A stretch of DNA of 61,512 nt, the filler included, from Nitrospinae bacterium RIFCSPLOWO2_12_FULL_45_22 (lineage in GTDB: Bacteria > 2-12-FULL-45-22): assembly GCA_001803565.1 (NCBI GenBank). It is 5 parts of 5 records of this genome, joined end to end, with 100 filler letters (N's around TTAATTAATTAA, not from the genome) between each part and the next. Parts side by side here need not be neighbours in the genome. Positions count along the whole stretch, not along the records: positions 46,100 to 61,512 come from MHDQ01000253.1; 4 more parts are not named here. One strand, 5' to 3'. This document shows, piece by piece, positions 50,954 through 61,071 of this stretch; position 1 is the stretch's first letter; each line of letters begins with the position of its first letter. The notes under the pieces were generated by a model. That model did no database searches. It was not told the origin of the DNA and worked only from the letters and a program-made list of their open reading frames with translations. A program made the position numbers and the translations under genes.

Positions 50954-52440
50954 ACCTTACAGCAGAATTAGAGTCATTAAAGGCTGAGATAGAAGAATAT
51001 GCTGCCTCTTATGGGCTGAATTTTTTCCCCATTGTCTTTCAGATTTTGGATTTTGATCAGATGAATGAAGTAGCCAGTTATGGTGGTTTCCCTACCCGCT
51101 ACCCGCACTGGCGTTTCGGGATGGAATATGAAAACCTGCAAAAGAGCTATACCTATGGCCTACAGAAGATATATGAGATGGTAGTGAATAATGATCCTTG
51201 TTATGCTTACCTATTGGAATGTAATAATATCGTGGATCAGAAGATAGTTATGACCCATGTCTATGCCCATAGCGACTTTTTTAAGAATAATCAGTGGTTC
51301 CAGTATACTAACCGGAAGATGATGGATGAGATCGCCAATCATGCCACTCGAGTCATAAAATATATAGAAAAAGAGGGACAAGATGTAGTGGAGGACTTCA
51401 TAGACTGTTGTCTATCCCTGGAAAACCTTATTGATTATCATTCACCTTTTATTCAGCGGAAGGAAAAAAAGTCTAAATACGATTTTCAAGAAGAAGAGCC
51501 GGGAGAAACGGTAAAGAAGCTCCGGAGCAAAGACTATATGGATAGCTTCATCAACCCTAAAGAATTCTTAGAGGAGCAAAAAAAGAGATTAGAAGAAGAA
51601 AAAGTTAGAAAGAAGAAATTTCCTGACGAACCTGAGAAGTGTGTGCTCACTTTCCTGATCGAAAACGCCCCCCTGGAGAAATGGCAACAGGACATCCTCT
51701 CTATCATCAAGGAAGAGAGCTACTATTTTGCCCCTCAAGGCCAGACCAAGATAATGAATGAAGGGTGGGCTACTTATTGGCATTCTAAGATTATGACCGA
51801 GAAATGCCTGAGGGACCCAGAGCTCATAGACTATGCCGACCACCATGCAGGGACTTTAGGGATGAGACCTGGCCGGATCAACCCCTATAAGATCGGGGTA
51901 GAACTATTCCGGGATATTGAGGATAGGTGGAATAAAGGGAGGTTTGGTAAAGAGTATGAAGAGTGCGACAACCTGATCCAACGGAAAAATTGGGACAAGA
52001 AGCTGGGGCTAGGCCAGCAAAAGAGCTTTGAGGTCAGAAAAATATACAATGATATAGGATTCATTGACACCTTCCTCACAGAAGATTTCTGCCGCGACCA
52101 GAAGCTTTTTACTTACCAATATAATGAGAAGACAAATACTTATGAGATTGCCAGTCGGGACTTTAGGGAAATCAAGATACAGCTCCTCTTTAGCTTGACT
52201 AACCTGGGCCAGCCTTTTATCTATGTTATAGATGGCAACTATGAGAACCGGGGCGAGATCTATCTTAAACACAAACATGAAGGTATAGATTTAAAGCTCG
52301 ATTATGCCCAGGCTACCCTGGCCAATATCTATAAGATATGGGAGAGGCCAGTGCATATCGAGACGATAGTGGCGGAAAAAGGTAAATTATTCACCTTTGA
52401 CGGTAAAAAACATGATAAGCACGATATAAAAATTGGATAA
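50950..52440 (+). CDS. spoVR: SpoVR family protein
   Basis: [49 protein letters not shown]. Confidence 0.93.
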   Translation: MNLTAELESLKAEIEEYAASYGLNFFPIVFQILDFDQMNEVASYGGFPTRYPHWRFGMEYENLQKSYTYGLQKIYEMVVNNDPCYAYLLECNNIVDQKIVMTHVYAHSDFFKNNQWFQYTNRKMMDEIANHATRVIKYIEKEGQDVVEDFIDCCLSLENLIDYHSPFIQRKEKKSKYDFQEEEPGETVKKLRSKDYMDSFINPKEFLEEQKKRLEEEKVRKKKFPDEPEKCVLTFLIENAPLEKWQQDILSIIKEESYYFAPQGQTKIMNEGWATYWHSKIMTEKCLRDPELIDYADHHAGTLGMRPGRINPYKIGVELFRDIEDRWNKGRFGKEYEECDNLIQRKNWDKKLGLGQQKSFEVRKIYNDIGFIDTFLTEDFCRDQKLFTYQYNEKTNTYEIASRDFREIKIQLLFSLTNLGQPFIYVIDGNYENRGEIYLKHKHEGIDLKLDYAQATLANIYKIWERPVHIETIVAEKGKLFTFDGKKHDKHDIKIG

Positions 52441-52542
52441 AAATAAGAGTAGTGGGACCGTTTAGGGTCGCTCAATTTGAGTTAACATTATTTAATTACT
52501 TTCCGATAAGTAATAAGGGAAGAGGAGAGAGGTAAGAGAAGC

Positions 52543-53061
52543 ATGAGAGTAGGAGAAAAGATTTTAGCAACATTAGAAAAAGACAGGACTGATCTTAATA
52601 ACGGCTCCAGCCCATATCTAGTAGAAATAAAGGAGCAAGGGTTGAAGATCGGGACTGAATTAATAGATTTGGATCGGCTGGGCTGTGTTCTTTGCCAGAT
52701 AACATTTCAAGATGAAGAGGCTGATGCGCAACCTTTGGATGCTAACCGGGGGCTAGAGCATATGGCTCGCCAGATTGGAGAGAGGATCACTTATTTATTA
52801 GAAGGCCTGGCTTTGGTTGAATGGGATAAAAACTCCTCTACCCTACTTATGCGGAGTCAGCCTCCCGAAAGCAACAGCCGCTACATCGGCTATTATGAGC
52901 TATTGCTCTCCCAGGGCCCTTATCTGGCGCTAACCAGATACCGCTATGACCGGGGAGCGGGCTGTAGGAGCCAGGAGCCTATTAATCTGACCAGGGAGGT
53001 ATTTGTCCGCTTAATAGACGACCTGGCCACCATCATAAAGACCCCGGAGCCAGAACAGTAA
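52543..53061 (+). CDS. hypothetical protein
   Basis: 172-aa ORF with RBS; TYLLE.L...E.D, MRSQPP, YYEL motifs. Confidence 0.7.
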   Translation: MRVGEKILATLEKDRTDLNNGSSPYLVEIKEQGLKIGTELIDLDRLGCVLCQITFQDEEADAQPLDANRGLEHMARQIGERITYLLEGLALVEWDKNSSTLLMRSQPPESNSRYIGYYELLLSQGPYLALTRYRYDRGAGCRSQEPINLTREVFVRLIDDLATIIKTPEPEQ

Positions 53062-53072
53062 AATAGCCCCTC

Positions 53073-53110
53073 AGACGGATTCTCTTTTTTACCGCGAAGA
53101 GAATCCGTCT
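53073..53110. terminator. hairpin between convergent genes (likely bidirectional terminator)
   Basis: perfect 14-bp stem AGACGGATTCTCTT / AAGAGAATCCGTCT. Confidence 0.65.
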
Positions 53111-53124
53111 TCTCTTACAAATTT

Positions 53125-53937
53125 TTATAATATCCTTTTAAATAGTGCTTTACCTGCCCCAGCCAATAAGAGTGCCAGTCCCAAAGTACAGATGGTAGCA
53201 GAGCCAGTAGGGAGATCCAGGAGAAAAGAAAAGTAGAGTCCCAAGATACTACTAGCCGCCCCTAATGCCCAGGCTATAGCCAGCATGGTTCCACACTGCC
53301 GAGAAAAGAGCATGGAAGTAACCGCTGGTATTATGAGCCAGGAAAAACATAGCAATACCCCGCCACTACGGATAGCTAGGGCTATCACCAACCCCAGGGA
53401 GAGATAGAAGAGAAAGTTCCACCAGGAAGCATTGCTCCTTTGACGGTAAAACTCTTCAGGATTAAGGGAAATTTGCAAGAACCGGGAAAAGAGTATGACA
53501 TGTAATATACCTACTAAGCCGAAGACAATGGCCATCTGAATAATTTGTTCAGTGGTAACTGCCAGGATATTCCCAAACAATATTTTCAATACATCCGCTT
53601 CACCATGGGGGGTCTTAGCTACCAATAGAATGGCTACTGCGGAGGCTACTGCATAAACAATTCCCATTATAGCCTCCTGAGGTATACGTTCTTCCTTTGT
53701 CCTGATGGATAAGAGGGCTGCCCCAGTAAGGGTAAAGACCAGAGATAGCACGGTAGGGTCCTGACCTAATAGAAGGGCAGCCGCTACACCTACCGCCGAG
53801 ATTTGAGCTAAGGCTAAATCTACAAAGACTATACGCCGAAGGACAACATGGATACCAAAATACGCTAGGGTAGTAGAGAGGAGAAGGGAAGCTAATAAGG
53901 CCTGGAGCATAAAAGGTAGTCTGAACATCTCTATCAT
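53125..53937 (-). CDS. metal (Zn/Mn/Fe) ABC transporter permease, ABC-3 family
   Basis: G.HVVLRR..F.DLALAQ, E...G, LFGNILAV, GVLL...LIIPA, DLPTG. Confidence 0.9.
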   Translation of the reverse strand: MIEMFRLPFMLQALLASLLLSTTLAYFGIHVVLRRIVFVDLALAQISAVGVAAALLLGQDPTVLSLVFTLTGAALLSIRTKEERIPQEAIMGIVYAVASAVAILLVAKTPHGEADVLKILFGNILAVTTEQIIQMAIVFGLVGILHVILFSRFLQISLNPEEFYRQRSNASWWNFLFYLSLGLVIALAIRSGGVLLCFSWLIIPAVTSMLFSRQCGTMLAIAWALGAASSILGLYFSFLLDLPTGSATICTLGLALLLAGAGKALFKRIL

Positions 53938-54866
53938 TCTACCCTCCCTCCCTCGCCCTCAAAAGTTTCAATGAGCTTGGAAATATTATGCTCAAAAAGG
54001 GCGATATAGCTATTTACTCCTTCTGCCCCACCCACCGAAGGAGGAAGAACTAGGACTTGAGCACCAGTCTTACTGGCTACCAGCCGGGGGGCTTGGTCAC
54101 TAAAGTAGGGTTCCATGATAATAACCTTTACCTTCTTCCTCTGCATAAGAGATATCAGGGATGCAAGGTGGGCGGGTGATGCCGGTATGCCCGGTTTAGG
54201 CTCAATATAACCCACTACCTTTAGGCCGAAGCGCTTGGCAAAATTGGGCCAGCTATTATGATAGGTAACAATCTTAGTATCGCGATAGGGTTCCATTCGC
54301 TTAATCCATTTGGCTGTTGCTTCCTGCAAATGCTGGGCATATTCCTCTTTGTTCTTTCTGAAATATTCAGCATCTTGCGGGGCAAGGTGCGTTAACCCTC
54401 TTAGGATATTCTCCATGATAGCTATCCCATTCATGGGGTCTAGCCAATAGTGAGGGTTACCAAAGATGTGAATATCCCCCAAAGAACGGTCTATCTGTCC
54501 AGTTGGAATCTCCAGGAGTTCTACCCCTTCAGAGGCATCTATATAACCATCGGCCCCCGGATAGATTTTTCTATTTCGTGACCCCTCCGTCAACACCTGA
54601 GCCCACAGTTCTAATTCCAGCCCCACTTTCACAAACATATCAGCTTTCCGGAGCTTTATCATATGGCTGGGTTTGGCTTCTACAAAATGCGGATTCTGAT
54701 ACCCTCTAGCAATACTCTCTACCTCTCCTTTTTCTCCCCCAACAGCCTCGGTCAGGGCCTTAAGGTCCGTAGTCGTGGTAACTACCTTTATCTTTGAAGC
54801 CCCTAATCCTATGGTTGGGACAAATATAAGAGAAAAAGTTAAAGAAAGGACGATAAATCTAATCAT
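53934..54866 (-). CDS. metal ABC transporter substrate-binding protein (ZnuA/TroA family)
   Basis: NPHF, GLELE.W, GDIH..GNPHYWLDP, YHNSW, EPKPGIP. Confidence 0.92.
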   Translation of the reverse strand: MIRFIVLSLTFSLIFVPTIGLGASKIKVVTTTTDLKALTEAVGGEKGEVESIARGYQNPHFVEAKPSHMIKLRKADMFVKVGLELELWAQVLTEGSRNRKIYPGADGYIDASEGVELLEIPTGQIDRSLGDIHIFGNPHYWLDPMNGIAIMENILRGLTHLAPQDAEYFRKNKEEYAQHLQEATAKWIKRMEPYRDTKIVTYHNSWPNFAKRFGLKVVGYIEPKPGIPASPAHLASLISLMQRKKVKVIIMEPYFSDQAPRLVASKTGAQVLVLPPSVGGAEGVNSYIALFEHNISKLIETFEGEGGRVE

Positions 54867-55009
54867 TTTACCTACCTCCTCTGTAAATTTTTTATTTCAC
54901 CACCGCGTACGCGGAGAGCGCAGAGAAAAATTATTACAAATTGTTTATTATCTCCGCGTCCTCTGCGCTCTCTGCAGTGAAGAAGAACCCGTATTCGTTT
55001 AAGGTTGTC

Positions 55010-56314
55010 TTAGAAAGGTTCAGGACGATGCGGACCAAGGGTAAAGGTTGCCTGGAATAGAATCTGATCCTCATCCTTCTCGTAATTCCTATCTATATGA
55101 TTATACTGGAGCCTGAACCTGGAAAACTCGCTGGGGAAAAAGGTCAGTATCCCAGAATAGCCCCACTCGTTATCTATATCGATAGAAGGAAACTCTGAAT
55201 ACTCTAACCTCCCCCCTAAATACCACCTCCGGGAGAATTGGTAATTGGCAAATGAATAAAAACCAAAACTATTAATATTTCTCGATTCAGTCTCTCGCTG
55301 ATTAAAGAGCGCCTCTGTCTGGAATATGAAAGAGCGGTAAAGGCCTTGGCCCAAGGGCCTCCATCTATACGTTAGGTCCAATCCTTCCAAGGTAGTCCGT
55401 TGGTCTCCTTCAGAATCATTAAAACCGGTCGCCCCGGTTAAGCCTAACTCAAGGCTGGACAAGTCGCTCAAATCAAAGAAGTTTTTTAGATGGGCCAGAT
55501 AAATAGGATGGTCTGACTCTTTCCCGGCAAAACTGCTCTCATTTTCCCCATTCAAGATTTCCACGCTCAGCTCCATATACTTATCCCAGGGGTTTGGAAT
55601 AAGGCTGCTCAGGGAAACCCCAGGAGAAGACAACCGCCCTTCTTCGCCAAAGAAATTCTTTATGAAGAGGGGATCATCAATATACGGCCTTTCTGGTCGA
55701 TGGATTCGATTTATCTTTCCAAAATTGGCATAAAATTTTCCCAGTTTGGCCTGGAGTCCCCAGGGCAGGGTTAACAAAGTCAGGTACCCTTCTTCTACAT
55801 CGGTCTCTATCTCACCCTCTTCGCCTTCTTCAGTCGCTACAAAAAAATCGGCCCGGGCATAAGGGTCTACCGCTGCCTGGAAGCCTAACTCGACTTCTCT
55901 AAAACCAAATCGATCCCCTTCTTCACTCCTCTCATCATCGCTCATATTTCCAGTAAAATCCCCTATGGCACTGATGTTTGGATTTAATGCTGCCAGAGAG
56001 GGTAAACCACTCTTTGATGCAGCTTGAGAATCTGGATCCCGAGGAGAAGGTTGTATTGTTGGTGTAGCAGGGGGTTGGACTAGGTCCTTCTTTAACTCAT
56101 CCAATATGGCTTGCTGGGCTTCTATAACCAATTGCATATCTTTTAGGCTCTTTTTCAAGTCAGATATCTCATGTTGGAGTATGACTATTTTATCTTGATC
56201 CTTTATAGGCTTAACTTTGCCTTGTTCACCCCAACTAAACTCTTTAAGGGGAGAAACTCCTAAGATTGAAACAAGAATAATAAAGATCATAAAGAGGTAT
56301 AAGTATATCCGCAT
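55010..56314 (-). CDS. outer-membrane beta-barrel associated with metal uptake
   Basis: signal peptide, coiled coil, NP.IS..GD, E.EL....VDPY, FGK.N..H, SEFSRFRLQY, LGPHRPEPF. Confidence 0.8.
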   Translation of the reverse strand: MRIYLYLFMIFIILVSILGVSPLKEFSWGEQGKVKPIKDQDKIVILQHEISDLKKSLKDMQLVIEAQQAILDELKKDLVQPPATPTIQPSPRDPDSQAASKSGLPSLAALNPNISAIGDFTGNMSDDERSEEGDRFGFREVELGFQAAVDPYARADFFVATEEGEEGEIETDVEEGYLTLLTLPWGLQAKLGKFYANFGKINRIHRPERPYIDDPLFIKNFFGEEGRLSSPGVSLSSLIPNPWDKYMELSVEILNGENESSFAGKESDHPIYLAHLKNFFDLSDLSSLELGLTGATGFNDSEGDQRTTLEGLDLTYRWRPLGQGLYRSFIFQTEALFNQRETESRNINSFGFYSFANYQFSRRWYLGGRLEYSEFPSIDIDNEWGYSGILTFFPSEFSRFRLQYNHIDRNYEKDEDQILFQATFTLGPHRPEPF

Positions 56315-56493
56315 CTTTTGTTCTCCTTACTTTGTATTTATCACAAAGGTCTAGGGTTAAATTATTGGCGGATGAGTTATCCTGAATCTAGTATGAATCA
56401 TACAATAGCCAGGGGAAGTAAAAATTTAGATTGCGCTAACGCTCATCGCAATGAGGGTGAGATTACTTGGCTTGCCATTGTGAGCGGAGCACT

Positions 56494-56763
56494 CTAGATA
56501 CAGGGTGGGGAGCGGCTAGGGTAAGGTAACCTGGGGGAGGAGAAAAAGGAGCCCAGAATAAATGACGGAATGAGAAAGAAAAAGATCAGAGGAGAAAACA
56601 GTATGGGAGAGGCAAGATTACCCGAGGGGAATCCTTTGATACGAGCACAAATGAAGCAGGGCTGGCTCAGATACTCAGAAGATTTTACTGAGTGGGAATG
56701 TAAACAAATTAAGGTAATGCTGAAAACTAGGCAGATAATAATAAAGACCTTTTTATAATCCAT
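56494..56763 (-). CDS. DUF2946-like leader peptide ending in RSPP
   Basis: hydrophobic N-terminus, HSH, CFIC, Pro/Phe-rich linker, PSRSPPCI*. Confidence 0.7.
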   Translation of the reverse strand: MDYKKVFIIICLVFSITLICLHSHSVKSSEYLSQPCFICARIKGFPSGNLASPILFSPLIFFFLIPSFILGSFFSSPRLPYPSRSPPCI

Positions 56764-56828
56764 TATTTCTCTTTCGCACCTGAGTGCAATCACGGTTTTG
56801 CCTGTAAAGAAAAAACATGAACTATTTT

Positions 56829-57458
56829 TTATGATCTTACCTTTTCATACCCAGCTCTGAGGGCGGCCTTGTTCAGAGAAATGAGAGACTGTTTTCCAGA
56901 ACTTTTTAACAGTTCGACCAGAGACGCTTCTATCTCCTCCAGTGGAATAGCCTCAGTTACCTTTAAATAAGCCCCAAGGAGGATCAAGTTTGAAATCCGC
57001 CTCCCTGCCTCTATCCCTATTGTCCTGGTAGGAATAAACCCACTACCGAGGTCAGTAATGGTAGTTTCGAGAGATGAGGAAGATCCTATGTCCTGGGCCA
57101 TATCCATAGCCGGCAGGTAGATAGCCCTTAAGTCCCTCCTCCTTATCTCACGGTCTATCAAGGAGCTATCCAGGATAGCGATACCTCCTTCGGTGAGCCA
57201 ATCTTCATACGTATCCAAGGCCAGACGCCCCAGGAATATCATATTCTTAGGCCGTGAAATTATGGGAGAAGCAATCTCATTCTGGGAAAGGATTACATAA
57301 CAGATAACCTCTCCACCCCTCATAAAGGTATCATAGTTGGGCAACCAGGTAACATATTTATATCTCTTCAATCCGGCCTTAGCCAACGTAAGTCCCATGG
57401 TTAAGACTCCTTGACCCCCCAATCCCGCTGCAACAAATTCGTACCTATCCTTTGGCAT
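56829..57458 (-). CDS. 2-oxoacid:ferredoxin oxidoreductase gamma subunit
   Basis: AGLGGQGV, P.Y...MRGG, N..LLGA, N..AL..GY. Confidence 0.92.
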   Translation of the reverse strand: MPKDRYEFVAAGLGGQGVLTMGLTLAKAGLKRYKYVTWLPNYDTFMRGGEVICYVILSQNEIASPIISRPKNMIFLGRLALDTYEDWLTEGGIAILDSSLIDREIRRRDLRAIYLPAMDMAQDIGSSSSLETTITDLGSGFIPTRTIGIEAGRRISNLILLGAYLKVTEAIPLEEIEASLVELLKSSGKQSLISLNKAALRAGYEKVRS

Positions 57459-57466
57459 ATGGCCTC

Positions 57467-58225
57467 CTATGGTATTGAATCTATGTCTTTAAATTCCCCT
57501 AAAGGATACTCTTCCATCATATGGCTTTCGACCCATCTTAAGGCATCTTTGGGACTCAGCTTAAGGGTGGATGGACAGGCCTCAAGAATTTCCACAAAGC
57601 CATATCCTATTCCCTCTATCTGTTTCTGGAAAGCTTTCTTCATGGCCTTGGCCGCCCTATTATATTCAGCACGACTCGTTAGGGAGCAGCGAGCTGAATA
57701 GGCTACCCCCTTAAATGTGGCTATGAGTTCGGCTACATGGACCGGATAACCTTCTAATTCAGCATTTCTCCCATAAGGTGTAGTAGTAGTCTTTTGGTCC
57801 AAAAGGGTTGTTGGTGCCAGTTGGCCCCCTGTAGTCCCATAACCGGCATTATTACAGAATATCGTGGTAAGTTTTTCTCCCCTTATCACAGCATTCATAA
57901 TTGTCCCCATCCCTATAGCTGCTAGATCACCATCACCCTGGACAGTAAAGACTATAGGCTTGCCATAAAGAGAGCGCTTGATTCCGGTCGCAACAGCCGG
58001 TGCCCGCCCATGTAAACAGGAAACCAGATCAATATCTAAAAACATAAAACCAAAGGCATGGCATCCCACACCCACACACCCAATAGTCTTATCCTGGATA
58101 CCCAATTCATCCATGGTCTCAGCAATAAGTCTAAAGACGGAGCCATGATGGCATCCAGGACAGTAGAGGTGAGGTATTGGTAAAACAGTTTTTGGGCGTC
58201 CTGCTAAGAGTTCTCTATTTTCCAT
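57467..58225 (-). CDS. 2-oxoacid:ferredoxin oxidoreductase beta subunit
   Basis: YCPGC.H, GVGC, HGRAPAVATG, GDGD, NN..YG.TGGQ, ACP. Confidence 0.93.
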   Translation of the reverse strand: MENRELLAGRPKTVLPIPHLYCPGCHHGSVFRLIAETMDELGIQDKTIGCVGVGCHAFGFMFLDIDLVSCLHGRAPAVATGIKRSLYGKPIVFTVQGDGDLAAIGMGTIMNAVIRGEKLTTIFCNNAGYGTTGGQLAPTTLLDQKTTTTPYGRNAELEGYPVHVAELIATFKGVAYSARCSLTSRAEYNRAAKAMKKAFQKQIEGIGYGFVEILEACPSTLKLSPKDALRWVESHMMEEYPLGEFKDIDSIP

Positions 58226-59291
58226 AAATCTTCTTCACCTCCTCATAAATGGTTTGGGGAAGGATGAGCCCACTGGGACCAGGAAGATGTCTTGCCAGAA
58301 TACCCAGATGGTAAACTTGAGCTTGTTCTGTGACAGCAGCCGTCACATCTTCTACCATTTGACCCAGATTATCCTCGACCACCAAGAACTTCTTAACCTT
58401 GTGAGATGTTTCCTTAATTATCTGGTATGGGAAAGGCCAGAGAGTAATGGGCCTGATCATACCGACCCTCATCCCTTCTTCTCTGGCCATCAGGAACGCT
58501 TCTAAGGCAGCCCTGGCGGTAGAGCCAAAAGAAACCAAAACGAGCTCTGCATCTTCTAATCCTCGGGTATCGTATCTAGTTTCCTTTTCTTTCATTTGCT
58601 CATACTTTTTTGAAACGGCTACCAGATATTCTCTAAGCATAGAGCCGACGACAAACCCAGGGAATATCATACGCCTCTGTCCATCTTTCCTCCCTAAGCC
58701 AACGGCCCAATCCTTTTCTGGCACAGGAGTAAACTCTAATTTCCGCATCTCAATGGACTCCATCATCTGCCCCAAAAGGGCATCGCTCAATATAATGGTG
58801 GGGTGGCGATACTTGTCTGCTAGGTAGAAAGCAAGCTGAACAAAGTCAAAGGCCTCCTGAACAAAGGAAGGGGATAGAACAATCGTGTGATAATCCCCAT
58901 GTCCACCACCTTTGGTAACCTGTAAATAGTCCATCTGGGAAGTCTGAGTGGTCCCACCCCCTGGCCCACCTCTCTGGACATTGACTATGACACATGGCAC
59001 TTGTGCTGCAGCCATAGCTGATATTGCCTCCTGCATTAGGCTAAATCCAGTACTAGAAGAAGAAGTCATAGCCCTTACTCCAGTAGAAGCCGCCCCATAA
59101 ACCATATTGGCACTAGCAGTTTCACTTTCTGTCTGAACAAAGACCCCTCCCCTCTTCGGCAGCTCTGAAGCAAAAAATTCCATAATTTCATTTTGTGGGG
59201 TTATGGGATAGGCAAAAAAATGTTTGCAGCCCGCATATAAAGCTCCATATCCGATAGCTTCATTTCCACTGATAAAGGCTTGTTCTCCCAT
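58215..59291 (-). CDS. 2-oxoacid:ferredoxin oxidoreductase alpha subunit (VorB/KorA-like)
   Basis: GNEA, YPITPQ, ESE, SSS.GFSLMQE, RGGPG, GGGHGDY; RBS AGGAGGT before ATG 59291. Confidence 0.92.
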   Translation of the reverse strand: MGEQAFISGNEAIGYGALYAGCKHFFAYPITPQNEIMEFFASELPKRGGVFVQTESETASANMVYGAASTGVRAMTSSSSTGFSLMQEAISAMAAAQVPCVIVNVQRGGPGGGTTQTSQMDYLQVTKGGGHGDYHTIVLSPSFVQEAFDFVQLAFYLADKYRHPTIILSDALLGQMMESIEMRKLEFTPVPEKDWAVGLGRKDGQRRMIFPGFVVGSMLREYLVAVSKKYEQMKEKETRYDTRGLEDAELVLVSFGSTARAALEAFLMAREEGMRVGMIRPITLWPFPYQIIKETSHKVKKFLVVEDNLGQMVEDVTAAVTEQAQVYHLGILARHLPGPSGLILPQTIYEEVKKIYGK

Positions 59292-59421
59292 CCAGACCTC
59301 CTTTCTGCGAGCAGTCATCCAGCATATCTCGGTTGAAAAGCGGGATAAGAATGCCCCCCTATGGCGTAGGAAATTACCCTATATACCGATAAGCAGGGTT
59401 TTCTAACCCCGCCAGACACAG

Positions 59422-60303
59422 CTAGCCCGTTAATCTCTTTAAAGCCTCCAGGTACTTCTCGCTGGTCTTTCTTACCACTTCCTCCGGGAGTATCGGAGCA
59501 GGGGGAGTCTTGTCCCAATCAAGACTCAGGAGATAATCCCGGACAAACTGTTTGTCGAAGCTCTTTTGGGAGCGGCCGGGTTTATAGTCCTCTTTAGGCC
59601 AGAAACGGGAGGAGTCCGGAGTAAGAAGTTCATCTATCAATAGTAGTTCCCCTTCCTGAAGGCCAAATTCAAACTTGGTATCAGCAATAATAATCCCCTT
59701 CTGCTCAGCTATATCCTGGGCCTTTTTGTATATATCGAGGCTAATGGTTGTCAACCTCTCTGCCAAATCGGCTCCAATGATCTCTTTCATCTTTTCCACC
59801 GTAATATTAATATCATGCCCTTCCTCGGCCTTAGTGGCCGGAGTAAAGATAGGTTCTTCTAACTCAGCCCCCTCTAACAGGCCGGGGGATAATTTTATCC
59901 CACAGATAGAACCCGTTTCCTGGTACTCCCTGTATCCCGAGCCTGCTAGATAACCCCGTACCACGCACTCAACTGGCAACGGTTCTGCATTCTTCACCAA
60001 CATGCTCCTACCCTCTAAAAGCCTTTTATACGGCAGACATATCTCGGGATAATCTTCTACCCGCATAGAGATAAGGTGGTTGGGGATAATGTCTTCCATC
60101 TGTTTAAACCAATAACTAGATATCTGGGTCAAGACCCTGCCTTTGTTAGGTATGCCATTGGGAAGGACTACATCAAAGGCCGAGATCCTATCAGTAGCTA
60201 TAAATAGCAGGTTATCACCGAGGGAATAAATATCCCTTACTTTACCCCGTTTAAACAACGTAATACCTTTAATATCAGTATTAATTACTAAATCATCAGG
60301 CAT
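59422..60303 (-). CDS. purC: SAICAR synthase
   Basis: [47 protein letters not shown]. Confidence 0.97.
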   Translation of the reverse strand: MPDDLVINTDIKGITLFKRGKVRDIYSLGDNLLFIATDRISAFDVVLPNGIPNKGRVLTQISSYWFKQMEDIIPNHLISMRVEDYPEICLPYKRLLEGRSMLVKNAEPLPVECVVRGYLAGSGYREYQETGSICGIKLSPGLLEGAELEEPIFTPATKAEEGHDINITVEKMKEIIGADLAERLTTISLDIYKKAQDIAEQKGIIIADTKFEFGLQEGELLLIDELLTPDSSRFWPKEDYKPGRSQKSFDKQFVRDYLLSLDWDKTPPAPILPEEVVRKTSEKYLEALKRLTG

Positions 60304-60982
60304 CTTTTCCCCCTTCTTCGAATTCTCTCTTTGCCTCTTCCCTCATCTTTTTAAACTTCTCATCAATCTCATGGTATTTTAGGGCCAGTATCTCAAGGGC
60401 CAGGTAGGCGGCATTTTTTGCCCCATTAATAGCCACAGTGGCAACTGGTACGCCATCAGGCATTTGCACTGTCGAAAGGAGGGCATCTATCCCTCCCAGG
60501 ACACCCGAGTTTAATGGAACACCTATGACCGGTAGTTGGGTATTAGCAGTTACCATACCCGCCAGATGGGCTGCCATCCCGGCCCCGGCAATGATCACTT
60601 CTATACCCCTTTCTGCGGCACTTCTGGCATATTCCATAACCCTATCCGGTAGCCTATGAGCGGATAGCACCTGCATATCAAAAGGAACCCCAATCTCCCT
60701 TAAAATCCCAGCCGCTTCTTCCATAACAGTTCGGTCATTTTTGCTCCCCATGAGAATTCCTATCAGAGGCATTTCCCTTCTCTCGCCCCCTTTCCATTTG
60801 AGCTCCAGTTCTAGTTCTCCACCATCCTCCTCCGTCTCCAGCTCTAGCTCTAATGTCACTTCATCAGGTAAAGAAGCTAACGTATCACCTACGGAGACCT
60901 CTCTTTGAACCTCCAGGGAAGCAACTATTTTTTTGATTTCTTCTAAAGCCTCAGAAAGTTTTACCTGCTTTTTAATCTTCAT
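60296..60982 (-). CDS. purE: N5-CAIR mutase PurE with N-terminal amphi-Trp-like domain
   Basis: [30 protein letters not shown]; ~69-aa N-extension with ELELELKW. Confidence 0.92.
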   Translation of the reverse strand: MKIKKQVKLSEALEEIKKIVASLEVQREVSVGDTLASLPDEVTLELELETEEDGGELELELKWKGGERREMPLIGILMGSKNDRTVMEEAAGILREIGVPFDMQVLSAHRLPDRVMEYARSAAERGIEVIIAGAGMAAHLAGMVTANTQLPVIGVPLNSGVLGGIDALLSTVQMPDGVPVATVAINGAKNAAYLALEILALKYHEIDEKFKKMREEAKREFEEGGKDA

Positions 60983-61071
60983 AATAAGCCTCCGCCTTTT
61001 ACCCCTGCTTATCTACCTTGACACAAACCAGACACCAAGCAGCCGCAGGCCCCTGCCCTGCTAACTCTTCT

